This document shows, one piece after another, positions 1 through 8,650 of a stretch of 64,000 nt of DNA. The DNA comes from Fimbriimonadia bacterium (GTDB lineage Bacteria; Armatimonadota; Fimbriimonadia; Fimbriimonadales; JABRVX01). The position numbers were made by a program, and so were the translations under genes. Each line of letters opens with the position of its first letter. Within the stretch, counting starts at the first letter, position 1. The notes beneath the pieces were generated by a model that made no database searches, was not told the origin of the DNA, and saw only the letters and a list, made by a program, of their open reading frames with translations. The stretch covers positions 96,001 through 160,000 of the forward strand of contig JBGPGO010000009.1 of NCBI GenBank assembly GCA_041483895.1. The letters run 5' to 3'.

Positions 1-540
1 AAAACGAAACATGGCCAGCAGGCCGATCCTCCGGTTGCCGATCCCTCCCCCATCGCCGAGCTGGAATTGCGGTTAGAAGAGGCAATTCGGGAACGGGACG
101 CGGCAAAGGATCAGGCCTTGCGGACCCTGGCGGATTTCCAGAATTTCAAAAAGCGCCAATCGCAGGACAGGATTCAGGCGCGAGCGGACGGGATTGAGGA
201 ATTTCTGCTCCACCTGATGCCGGTCCTCGATAACTTCGAGCGCGCCATCGCCGCGGTGGAACAGGCCAGCGATGTGAAGGCGGTCGTGGGTGGTATCAGC
301 CTCATCCAGCGCCAATTCGAAGCCGCCATGGACCAGGTAGGAATCAAACCGATCGAGGCGGTCGGCAAGCAGTTCGATCCGAACACGCACGAGGCGCTGC
401 TGGTTACGGAAACGGAGGACTATCCGCCGGAACAGGTGTTGGAAGAGCTTTCCCGCGGATACACCCTGAACGGCAAGGTGATTCGCCCCAGCCGTGTCCG
501 AGTCGCGAAGGCGCCAACCACTCCTGAGAGCGATGAATAA
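1..540 (+). CDS. grpE: Nucleotide exchange factor GrpE (5' end lies outside the window)
   Basis: Motifs [29 protein letters not shown] and [16 protein letters not shown]; the frame is open from position 1. Confidence 0.96.
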   Translation, partial: KTKHGQQADPPVADPSPIAELELRLEEAIRERDAAKDQALRTLADFQNFKKRQSQDRIQARADGIEEFLLHLMPVLDNFERAIAAVEQASDVKAVVGGISLIQRQFEAAMDQVGIKPIEAVGKQFDPNTHEALLVTETEDYPPEQVLEELSRGYTLNGKVIRPSRVRVAKAPTTPESDE

Positions 541-1906
541 GAAACTGTTCGGCACCGACGGCGTGCGCGGCGTCGCCAACCAACAATTGACCCCAGAACT
601 TGCCCTGTCAATCGGGCGGGCGGCCGGCGCGTATGTGCGGGAGCAGGGCGGCGGTGAAGTTCTCATCGGTTGGGATCCGCGGCTCAGCTCGACAATGCTC
701 AAATCCGGGCTCGCAGCCGGCTTCTGTTCGAGTGGTATCGATGTGGTTGAGGCCGGGACGATCCCGACAGGGACGCTGGCGCTGTTTGTGCGCTGCGGTG
801 GATATGCGTTGGGGGCAATGGTGTCGGCTTCCCACAATCCCGCGAGCGATAACGGGATCAAATTGATCGGCCCGAATGGCCGAAAACTGGCCGATTCTGT
901 AGAAGTTTTAGTTGAAAAGTTGATCGATGCTCCCCCATCTCGTGCCGCTGCCGACGCCGTCGGTACCATTACTACGGCCGAGGGGCTCAAGGCCCAACAT
1001 CTCGCCTTCTTGCGGGAGAAATTCCCGATCGATCTGTCCAAGTTTCGCTTGGTCGTCGATTGCGCGCACGGCGCCGCCGCCGGCTGGGCCGGAGAGGTGT
1101 TTCGCCAAGCGGGCGCGGAGGTTGTGGAGATCGGCGTCACCCCGAACGGTCTTAATATCAATGCGGAAGGTGGCGCGACGAAGCCTTCGCAAATCCAAGA
1201 ACAGGTCCGGATTCACAGTGCGCATGTTGGGATCGCGTTCGATGGAGATGCCGACCGCGCCGTGTTTGCCGACGAGCACGGGAACCTGCTCAATGGCGAC
1301 GCGATGATGGCGATGTGGGCGACCCACCGCGCTGCCCAAAAGCAATTGCAGCCGCCAGTTGTGGTCGGTACCGTGATGAGCAACATGGGAATGGAACGGT
1401 TCCTCGCCACTCAAGACATTCGGTTGGAACGCACCCCGGTCGGCGACCGATACGTAGTCGAGAAGATGGACGAAACCGGCGCACTGATCGGCGGCGAGCA
1501 GTCCGGGCACATCGTGTTTTCCGAATTGGCGCCGACGGGCGACGGCATCGTTACGGCGATGGAAATGCTATCGGTGTTGGCGGAAACCGGGAAGCCATTG
1601 TCGGAGGCGGCGCGCCTCTTTGAGCCCTGGCCGCAGGTTTTGCTCAACGTGCGCCTTGGCGACAAGGACGCTTGGCGAACAGCAGCGGTGGAGACGGCGA
1701 TCGAAGATGCGACGGAGATTCTCGGCGAGCTTGGCCGAATCAACGTCCGGCCATCGGGGACCCAGCCCATTCTCCGGATTATGTGCGAGCACCGGGACCG
1801 AACCGTACGGGATGCCGCTGCGGAAAAGGTGTTTGCAGCCTTGCGGGCCGCCGCCAAGGCCGAAATATATTCTCGAGTGGAGTTGACAGATGCTCTTGGC
1901 GATTGA
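533..1906 (+). CDS. glmM: Phosphoglucosamine mutase
   Basis: [29 protein letters not shown] and RPSGT motifs; ATG at 533 overlaps the grpE end. Confidence 0.95.
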   Translation: MNKKLFGTDGVRGVANQQLTPELALSIGRAAGAYVREQGGGEVLIGWDPRLSSTMLKSGLAAGFCSSGIDVVEAGTIPTGTLALFVRCGGYALGAMVSASHNPASDNGIKLIGPNGRKLADSVEVLVEKLIDAPPSRAAADAVGTITTAEGLKAQHLAFLREKFPIDLSKFRLVVDCAHGAAAGWAGEVFRQAGAEVVEIGVTPNGLNINAEGGATKPSQIQEQVRIHSAHVGIAFDGDADRAVFADEHGNLLNGDAMMAMWATHRAAQKQLQPPVVVGTVMSNMGMERFLATQDIRLERTPVGDRYVVEKMDETGALIGGEQSGHIVFSELAPTGDGIVTAMEMLSVLAETGKPLSEAARLFEPWPQVLLNVRLGDKDAWRTAAVETAIEDATEILGELGRINVRPSGTQPILRIMCEHRDRTVRDAAAEKVFAALRAAAKAEIYSRVELTDALGD

Positions 1907-2639
1907 CATCGGCAACACTCATATCTTCTACGGCGTTCATGATGGCGCGGAATGGCGTTTGACGTGGCGCCAGCACACGAATCCGTTGGTTACAGAGGAC
2001 GAGATCGCCGTCTTTGCGCAGCCGATGCTGGAACGCATCGGGGCGAAGGTAGGCCGGGTCGGAATCAGCAGCGTCGTGCCCGCTCTGGATGACGCCTTCC
2101 ATCAATACTGCGTCAAATGGCTGGAGCGGGAACCGGCGATGGTGACGCACAAGGCGACCGGGCGATTGAAATTGGCTGTGCGGCATCCGGAGACCGTTGG
2201 CGCGGACCGAATCGCAAACGGCGTGGCTGCTCTCACCAACTATTTCGTTCCGGCCATCGTGGTTGATTTGGGCACGGCTACGACGTTTGATGCAATCTCA
2301 GCCGGCAACGAGTACTTGGGAGGCGCGATCATGCCGGGCGTTGAGATATCGATGGCCGCGCTTTTTCAACGCGCCGCCAAACTGCCCAAAATCTCCCTTT
2401 CGGCTCCTCCCAAGGTAATCGGCGCAGACACGGAAACGAGCCTCGCCTCCGGCATCGTCCTCGGCACGGCCGCGGCGATCGACGGAATGGTGGGACTCAT
2501 ATCTCAAGAACTGGGAGCCGCACCATTTGTAATCGCCACCGGCGGGCTGGCGCCGAGCATCGCGTCGAACTGCAAGACGGTGCAGCAGGTGGATCCGATG
2601 TTGACCTTAGAGGGCATTCGCATTTTGACTAGTGCTTGA
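1890..2639 (+). CDS. coaX: Type III pantothenate kinase
   Basis: [29 protein letters not shown] and IATGG motifs. Confidence 0.95.
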   Translation: MLLAIDIGNTHIFYGVHDGAEWRLTWRQHTNPLVTEDEIAVFAQPMLERIGAKVGRVGISSVVPALDDAFHQYCVKWLEREPAMVTHKATGRLKLAVRHPETVGADRIANGVAALTNYFVPAIVVDLGTATTFDAISAGNEYLGGAIMPGVEISMAALFQRAAKLPKISLSAPPKVIGADTETSLASGIVLGTAAAIDGMVGLISQELGAAPFVIATGGLAPSIASNCKTVQQVDPMLTLEGIRILTSA

Positions 2640-4026
2640 TCTTGGGCCAATATTTGTCGTACATGAAGTTCGGACTATTTTCGGGGTTGTGACAACCGAT
2701 GCAGGCCTTCTCGCCGTTCGCCTTCATTGATGGATATTGCATTGGAGTGGCCCCGCCGTCTTTCTTGGCTTTGTAATAGGCGACATGCTCGCTGCCCGGT
2801 CCATGACAGTTTTCACAGCCGACATCCCGCAGATGCGGCGTCGCGACCGGCGTGGAGAAGCCGCTCTTGTAGGCAAAACCAACCGAGTGACAACCGACGC
2901 ATTCTGGGTTGTAGTCCATCTTCACCTTTGTCAAGGTCGCGTAGGCGTGGGAATGCGGCGATGCCTTCCAAATGTCCTGTTCCTTCTGATGGCAAGAGGC
3001 GCATTCGTTTGACCCGACATAGGTCGCGGACGCCGGCTCCTTGATCTTGGGATGCGTTTTCAAGTAGTCGCCTTCTCGCAATCGAAGCGAGTAATAGTCC
3101 CTGATGGAAGCGGTCTTTTCATCATCCGCGAAGGTGGGCCCAAGCTCGACGTGGTTGGCAGTGATTCCATCCTGCGCGATCTTAAGCTCGCCGACCTCTT
3201 TGCCCCTCTCGCCGGCCGCGACCAACATCACTGTCCCGATCTTGATCGGTTCCTGCCACTTGTCCGATGCGTGGGCGTAGACGATCGCTTTGAGCCAGGG
3301 CGCGGCCTTTGCCGCTTCGATGGCGCCCTCCTTGCCGCCGTGGAAAAGCAGAACGGCGGCCTTGCCCTTTGCCGCCGACTTCATCTCTTGCAGCAGATCT
3401 TCGACGGGCAATACCTGGAACCCAGGGCACGAACTCTTGATCGCATCCTCAAACAGCGGCGAAATCGCGCCGATTATCAGCAGCTTGCCGCCACCCACAT
3501 CCGTTCGCTCTACCGATGCCGGGAATGGCCGTTCACCGTTCTCATCCCGCACGTTCCCGGAAATAAATGGGGTCCCGTAATTGATGGTCATCAGTTTTAG
3601 GGTGTCGACGCCGAGAGCATAATCCTGCTCACCAAGGTTGACCGCCCCGTATTTGAGCGACTTGAAATATTCGGCGATGATTTCCGTCTTCAGCAGAGAT
3701 TGCGGTTCGAGATCGCTCACCAAATCCCCATTGGAAACCGGCACGGCGCGGGGGTCGGACAGGTACTTTCGGATGAATGTCGCCTGTCGCGCAAGACCGC
3801 CGACCTGGGGGGCCGTGCAACCGCACGGCTCCAGGTATCCGCGTAGTTCTCCGGTGAACAGCAGGCGCCAATCACTCGCCGGCCCATCCGATCTAGCGCC
3901 GACGAGAATCAGCGCCAGCAAGACGGCGGTGATGATCCCCGTTATCGCCCGGGCGATCAGTGTTCGGTGCCCGAGCCGCCGGGTACCGGCTGGGCCCCTG
4001 GCACGTCGTTCGTTACATTGAGCCAT
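2629..4026 (-). CDS. Secreted 5'-nucleotidase/UshA-like domain fused to a tetraheme cytochrome c554-like domain (start probably nearer 3960)
   Basis: N-terminal hydrophobic helix; GELRGYLEPCGC..GGLAR, GD and NLGEQD metallophosphoesterase-like motifs; four CxxCH (CASCH, CVGCH, CENCH, CIGCH). Confidence 0.8.
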   Translation of the reverse strand: MAQCNERRARGPAGTRRLGHRTLIARAITGIITAVLLALILVGARSDGPASDWRLLFTGELRGYLEPCGCTAPQVGGLARQATFIRKYLSDPRAVPVSNGDLVSDLEPQSLLKTEIIAEYFKSLKYGAVNLGEQDYALGVDTLKLMTINYGTPFISGNVRDENGERPFPASVERTDVGGGKLLIIGAISPLFEDAIKSSCPGFQVLPVEDLLQEMKSAAKGKAAVLLFHGGKEGAIEAAKAAPWLKAIVYAHASDKWQEPIKIGTVMLVAAGERGKEVGELKIAQDGITANHVELGPTFADDEKTASIRDYYSLRLREGDYLKTHPKIKEPASATYVGSNECASCHQKEQDIWKASPHSHAYATLTKVKMDYNPECVGCHSVGFAYKSGFSTPVATPHLRDVGCENCHGPGSEHVAYYKAKKDGGATPMQYPSMKANGEKACIGCHNPENSPNFMYDKYWPKIKH

Positions 4027-5741
4027 ATCGCCGCCTGGATCTTCGGCTGCTTTGGACTATCCGTATTGATGAGCACTCGGATCTGCTTGGTCATCGGTTG
4101 GAGGTCGGGCTTCGCGGTAAACCAGATGCGATACTCGTGACCTTCTCTAACCGTTTCGACAGTGGCTTCAACTTCATCGGAACTCAGCTCCACACCGAGA
4201 ATCTTGAACTCTGCCAGATTCTGTTCGAGTTCGACCGCCTTCTTCTCTTGCTCTTTCCCAAAGACGGCATAGTGAGTAACACCCGGATTGACCGAGATTC
4301 CCTTTGTCATCCGGAGCACATAATACAGTTTCGCTTCGTTGTCGAGATTCGTGACCATGTCCACCCGCATATTGTAGGGGCCGCCATATCCAAGTCGTTC
4401 ATTGAGCAGAATCTTGACCACGTAGCCGTCTCGCTCCGATTCTCCCAATGTGGGATATTCCGGAGGCGTAAACTTCCTCTTTCCTCGCTCAAACGTGGCG
4501 GTGCATCCACTCAGCGTGCAGGTTGCTGCCAGAAGTTCGAACGGCTTGCCGGTTGGCGAATAGACAAAGAAATCGTTTTCCCCTTCCTTGTCCGCGGGCA
4601 ATTCTATCGAGGACACGTTGGATGGGAAGGTAGCGACGTTTCGCATCACGGTCAAATTGATAATGTATCTCTTCTCAGATTCTACAAGGTCGTTGGAATA
4701 GATCGTCATGCCGCGGGAGATCATCCCCGAGAACTGCGTTCCGTCGATCGACCCCGTAATTTTCCCTGTCGCGCCCGGCGCCACCTCGGGATCCCATTCC
4801 TTATGAGTGCATTTGCAGTCGGCATTAATATTCGAAATGCGCAGCGTCGCATTCCCAGTGTTCTTGAACTTTATGACAAAGTCCACACCCGCCTTTGCGT
4901 CAACCCGCCCCAGCTCCAAATAGTCCTGATCAAACTTGATCTCCGGGAGTTCCAGGTCGATCTTCTTCTTCGCGACGGCGAATTCTTGAATGGTGGATGC
5001 CGCATTGACGACACTCTTCGCGGCGGCGATCTCGGTAGGAGTCGCCGCGATCGTCGAATATCCCCCATGGAGATCTATCGACATAATCCCGAGCGCGCCG
5101 CCGGAAGGCCGCAGTCCAAAGAACCCGCCGACGCCGCGGCCCGCGAGGTGGCTGATTGAACGTGCCGAATGTGGCGTCCCTGAAGGTCCCTCATCCATCG
5201 ATATCTTGACCCGCAATTTGCGGTTGTTCGTGGGACCGCCCAGAAAGCCGAAATCTTCGCATCCCATCGGCCCAGACTCATTCCGGAAAGACATCGAGTT
5301 CGACGGAATATAGCCTGGATTCATGATGAACAGCAAGTTGGCGGATGTCGCTCCATCCAACTTCGGAGGAGTGGTCTTTGTGAACGTAACCGCTCCCTTG
5401 AGCGCGGTCTCCCACACTTTGACGCCTTCCTCAATCGCCTTCTCTGCCGCCACTCGCCGATCCGGGGGTATCGCCGATACGTCGGCGCTCCATACCACAT
5501 TATTAAGGGAAAGTCGCGTGATGAACCCTTGAGCTCCGGCAAAATCACCTTTCGCCAGGCACTTCTCCGCTCGCACCAGATCCGCTTGAAGCACCGCTGA
5601 CGCTGGGGTCGCGAACGGAATCGGCAATTGGTCGGTGCTGGTCGGCGACAGCGTCGCGGGTGCTCGCAGACTGACGTCAGAGCCGGCGACCCCTGAATGC
5701 AACATGGATAACTTAAGGATAATCATTAATGTAGTCAGCAT
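3957..5741 (-). CDS. Secreted DUF1573/Ig-like domain protein
   Basis: ATG at 5741 with GAGGTG RBS; FKNTGNATLRI..CKCT..VAPGATGKI is DUF1573-like. Confidence 0.7.
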   Translation of the reverse strand: MLTTLMIILKLSMLHSGVAGSDVSLRAPATLSPTSTDQLPIPFATPASAVLQADLVRAEKCLAKGDFAGAQGFITRLSLNNVVWSADVSAIPPDRRVAAEKAIEEGVKVWETALKGAVTFTKTTPPKLDGATSANLLFIMNPGYIPSNSMSFRNESGPMGCEDFGFLGGPTNNRKLRVKISMDEGPSGTPHSARSISHLAGRGVGGFFGLRPSGGALGIMSIDLHGGYSTIAATPTEIAAAKSVVNAASTIQEFAVAKKKIDLELPEIKFDQDYLELGRVDAKAGVDFVIKFKNTGNATLRISNINADCKCTHKEWDPEVAPGATGKITGSIDGTQFSGMISRGMTIYSNDLVESEKRYIINLTVMRNVATFPSNVSSIELPADKEGENDFFVYSPTGKPFELLAATCTLSGCTATFERGKRKFTPPEYPTLGESERDGYVVKILLNERLGYGGPYNMRVDMVTNLDNEAKLYYVLRMTKGISVNPGVTHYAVFGKEQEKKAVELEQNLAEFKILGVELSSDEVEATVETVREGHEYRIWFTAKPDLQPMTKQIRVLINTDSPKQPKIQAAIWLNVTNDVPGAQPVPGGSGTEH

Positions 5742-5919
5742 AGTCTTGTAGCCACCTCGATTTGGGTCCCTAATGCGGGGCGCAGGACCGCTCTCCCCAC
5801 AGGATGCTCTATAATGATACGCCAAAACGCCAGTGGCTGTCCCCATTTGACTGGCGCTACGTTAATATCACTTGTTGCGCGTCGGTATTTCGCCGGTACG
5901 ATTGCGAGGTCTGTCACAG

Positions 5920-6258
5920 ATGTCCAGCCAAATCGAGGTATTCCAGAACCCCAAGCCATCCCGAGACTACGTGATTCGGCACACATGCGCTGAGTTCACT
6001 TCGATGTGTCCGAAGACAGGGAATCCGGATTTCGGGGCCATCACTCTGGAATATACGCCCGATCAACTTTGCCTCGAACTGAAATCCCTCAAATTCTATT
6101 ACTTTAGCTTTCGAGAGAAGGGCATATTTTACGAAGCCGTCGTGAACCAGATCTTGGACGATTTGATCGGGGCGTGCAGTCCGAAGAAGATGACGATAAC
6201 CGGAGAATTCAATACCCGCGGCGGCATCGCTTCAACCATCGTGGCAACCTACCCGTAA
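5920..6258 (+). CDS. queF: NADPH-dependent preQ0 reductase (short, type I QueF)
   Basis: EFTSMCPKTGNPDF, ELKSLK and FNTRGGI motifs. Confidence 0.95.
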   Translation: MSSQIEVFQNPKPSRDYVIRHTCAEFTSMCPKTGNPDFGAITLEYTPDQLCLELKSLKFYYFSFREKGIFYEAVVNQILDDLIGACSPKKMTITGEFNTRGGIASTIVATYP

Positions 6259-6309
6259 CGCTGCCTTCCAGGCGGCACCGGATTTGTGCCGCCTGGAAGG
6301 CAGCGTTAC
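6255..6309. repeat. Inverted pair of REP-like palindromes (24-bp arms) between convergent queF and ppa; probable bidirectional terminator
   Basis: GTAACGCTGCCTTCCAGGCGGCAC-CGGATTT-GTGCCGCCTGGAAGGCAGCGTTAC is a perfect inverted repeat covering both stop codons. Confidence 0.85.
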
Positions 6310-6815
6310 TTGTCTATGCGGAATTTGGTGATGAGCGCCCGGGCGACGTCTGCGTCCTTCCAGCCCAGCACATCTACCGCCTTCCATTCCAAGTGCTTGT
6401 AGACCTCGAAAAAGTGTATCAATTCCGCGAGTAGATGGTCGCCTACATCGGCGAGCGATCGGGTCTCCGCGAACCGAGGATCGTTGCTCGCGACTGAAAG
6501 AATCTTCTCATCGGGACCCTTGTCGTCCTCCATCATCAGCACACCAACGGGCCGTACCCGGACGAGGCATCCAGGAAAGGTGGGCTGGGAGACCAGGACC
6601 AGAATGTCCAGCGGGTCGCCGTCCAGATAGTTGGTCTGCGGGATAAAGCCATAATCGCACGGATAGTGTAATGGAGAGTACAGAACGCGATCCAGGACGA
6701 CCATATCCAGCGCCTTGCTGTACTCGTACTTGTTGGAGCTTCCCTTCGAAATCTCGATAACACAATTGATCTCATCCGGAGCCTTGTTGCCGATAGGAAT
6801 CTCGCTCAGCCTCAT
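6306..6815 (-). CDS. ppa: Inorganic pyrophosphatase (family I)
   Basis: IEISKGSSNKYE, YGFIPQT, DGDPLD and FFEVYK motifs; start taken at MRLSEIP (6815). Confidence 0.95.
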   Translation of the reverse strand: MRLSEIPIGNKAPDEINCVIEISKGSSNKYEYSKALDMVVLDRVLYSPLHYPCDYGFIPQTNYLDGDPLDILVLVSQPTFPGCLVRVRPVGVLMMEDDKGPDEKILSVASNDPRFAETRSLADVGDHLLAELIHFFEVYKHLEWKAVDVLGWKDADVARALITKFRIDK

Positions 6816-6852
6816 GGCCACCTTATACCTTATCTGATGGTCCGAGCCGGTT

Positions 6853-6868
6853 TGGCATGAGTCTTGCA
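6853..6868 (+). promoter_or_regulatory. Sigma54 (-24/-12) promoter-like motif
   Basis: TGGCATGAGTCTTGCA matches TGGCA-N6-TTGC. A weaker GG-N10-GC motif (TGGCGTAAGTTATGCT) lies at 7076-7091. Confidence 0.5.
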
Positions 6869-7119
6869 CCCTTCCCAATCGCCGGATCTGGAATGATTGC
6901 CGGTCTGGCTCGGCGTCGAATTGCCCGGTTAAATGGATAGCTGGCGGACATTCCAGGGTTTTGCCCGGTCGCCACACCGGGTTTGAACCGGGATTACCAT
7001 ATTAATTATAACAGTAAAGTAAGTTTGCTGTTTACGATGTTTGCTAGCTGCATTCATCGCTTGTTTGGGATGTTATGGCGTAAGTTATGCTACTTCTTCC
7101 TGGCAAACTGGCCTTTTAG

Positions 7120-7128
7120 TGTTATAAT
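7120..7128 (+). promoter_or_regulatory. Extended -10 sigma70-type promoter
   Basis: TGTTATAAT in an AT-rich intergenic stretch upstream of a long leader. Confidence 0.6.
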
Positions 7129-7134
7129 TATTGC

Positions 7135-7410
7135 CGGAGGGGTAGTCAAGTTCAATCGAAAGTGCGACTTGATACTGGAATGAGTGGGCGTAAGCCCGAG
7201 TTACTTAGGGGTCGAGAGAACGTTAACTGCCGATGATGTTCACCACTCGATCTTAGAAGGAGCCGATGCTTCCGGCCACCGGCGATCTTGGGGAGGTTGT
7301 CTGCGAAAGCAACCGACTGGAGGACGCGCGAACGGGGGTGCGGCCAGTCCATATTGATTGTGTATCCACTTGAGGCAAGAGGTCCCCTGCAGGGGCTGAC
7401 TCCTCAGTTA
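7135..7410 (+). ncRNA. Candidate structured 5' leader or ncRNA (unclassified)
   Basis: Consecutive stems: TCAAGT..GAAA..ACTTGA, GGGC-GTAA-GCCC, TCGAG..CTCGA, GGTTG..TGC-GAAA-GCAACC, GACTGG..CCAGTC, TGAGG..CCCC-TGCA-GGGG..CCTCA. Confidence 0.4.
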
Positions 7411-7446
7411 TCTTATCTTGCCTAAATTGAAGGAGTAGAAAACTAA

Positions 7447-8403
7447 ATGTCTATCCTCAACAAGACTCTGACCAGCGCTTTGGCGCTGTGTGTAGTGGCC
7501 GGCTCTTTCGGCCAGCTCGTTAAGTCGGGCAATACCAACAACACGAACAGCTCCAAAGTCGGTAACTCCGGCGTCGGCGCTGCCGCTGATGATGGTAGCC
7601 TGTACTTGCTTGTAGTCCCGAACCTGATCTGGGGCCGAGACGACGTGATCACGGACCCGTTCGATGGTCAGAAAAAGCATTGCTTCCGACCGGAAGTCAT
7701 CAACATCGATCATCTTACGATCCGCGACGTCCTTACGGCCACCGGTACAACCGGTATCGACGGCAACCTGCTCGTCCAGGCCGTGCGCGTCTCCAAGGAG
7801 ACTCCGTACTGGAAGTGCACCGCGTTCGTTACCGGTCCGGGTTCCGGTCGAAACACCAACTTCGACACCGGCTGGAAGTACGCTGACAGCTCGATGCTCG
7901 ATGACTTTCTCTGCAACATCGCCTTCGGTATCCCCTTCGATTCGAAGTGCCTAGGCGATCGCTGCCTTCTCTTCTCGCCGCCCGCGACCAAGTACACCCT
8001 GTACGTGGCCTATGTGCGCCGAGATCCCAAGACCGGCCGTGTCGGCGCTCCTGTAGTCGTCCGATACTGCATCCAGGTCAGAATCCCGACCCGCGAGGAC
8101 ATCGCTTGCAACATCGAGTACTTCATGACCGTCGCCGCCGGCGTGACCCAGAAGTGCAAGATCACGGAAGAGTGCGCTGAGGCTTTGCTCGTCGCTTTGA
8201 GCGAGCCGGACAACCTGACCGCGTTGCTCGAGTTCGAGTTTGTGGTTGCGTTCTGCGCCATCGACTTCAGCGTTCTTCGCGATGCCAAGGATGCTGACGG
8301 CAACTGGGATGCTCGCTTCATCAGCGACTACCTGATCGACAGCGACGAAGAGCCGATCGGCTGCCTTCTCATCGAAATGGCGAATGCCGCTCTTTGGTTC
8401 TAA
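7447..8403 (+). CDS. Secreted Cys-rich hypothetical protein, probably highly expressed
   Basis: AAGGAG RBS, signal peptide, 11 Cys in the mature part, codons strongly favouring GGT/GCT/AAC/TTC, own terminator. Confidence 0.85.
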   Translation: MSILNKTLTSALALCVVAGSFGQLVKSGNTNNTNSSKVGNSGVGAAADDGSLYLLVVPNLIWGRDDVITDPFDGQKKHCFRPEVINIDHLTIRDVLTATGTTGIDGNLLVQAVRVSKETPYWKCTAFVTGPGSGRNTNFDTGWKYADSSMLDDFLCNIAFGIPFDSKCLGDRCLLFSPPATKYTLYVAYVRRDPKTGRVGAPVVVRYCIQVRIPTREDIACNIEYFMTVAAGVTQKCKITEECAEALLVALSEPDNLTALLEFEFVVAFCAIDFSVLRDAKDADGNWDARFISDYLIDSDEEPIGCLLIEMANAALWF

Positions 8404-8433
8404 ACTAGACTATCGACTGATTGCGATAAATTG

Positions 8434-8467
8434 CGGGGGAGTGGAAACACTCCCCCGATTTTCATTT
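8434..8467 (+). terminator. Rho-independent terminator
   Basis: CGGGGGAGTG-GAAA-CACTCCCCCG followed by ATTTTCATTT. Confidence 0.85.
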
Positions 8468-8486
8468 GCAATGAACGCCCATCCGC

Positions 8487-8572
8487 ACTTGCGACTCGGT
8501 CGGGAGACCGGTCGCATCAAGCGCATCATGACTTGCAACTTGCGACTTGGTCGGGAGACCGGTCGCATCAAG
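8487..8572. repeat. Two 35-bp direct repeats, each internally palindromic
   Basis: ACTTGCGACT(C/T)GGTCGGGAGACCGGTCGCATCAAG at 8487-8521 and 8538-8572 (1 mismatch, 16-bp spacer); an inverted copy lies at 40628-40658. Confidence 0.9.
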
Positions 8573-8579
8573 GGAAGAA

Positions 8580-8635
8580 CCCCCACCCAGCCCTCCCCCT
8601 TGTTCCAGGCTGACGCCTGAAAAAATGGGAGGGCT
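8580..8635. repeat. CCCCACCC..CCCTCCC / GGGAGGG palindromic element
   Basis: CCCCCACCCAGCCCTCCCCC...TGGGAGGGC; same family as the element at 40553. Confidence 0.7.
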
Positions 8636-8650
8636 TTCCGGAATCCTGTC

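Noticed and set aside
73..1161. Long antisense and alternative-frame ORFs (e.g. 73..1161, 3960..5159, 29853..30977, 34022..35311, 46489..47385)
   Set aside because: They shadow well-supported genes in GC-rich DNA and show no recognisable motifs.
3810..3835. Selenocysteine in the PCGC motif
   Set aside because: Both codons are TGC; there is no in-frame TGA.
5742..5919. preQ1 riboswitch upstream of queF
   Set aside because: No recognisable preQ1 stem-loop with an A-rich tail.
8487..8572. Mini CRISPR array (two 35-bp palindromic direct repeats)
   Set aside because: Only two units with a 16-bp spacer, no cas genes, and an isolated inverted copy inside a CDS at 40628; this fits a dispersed REP-like repeat.
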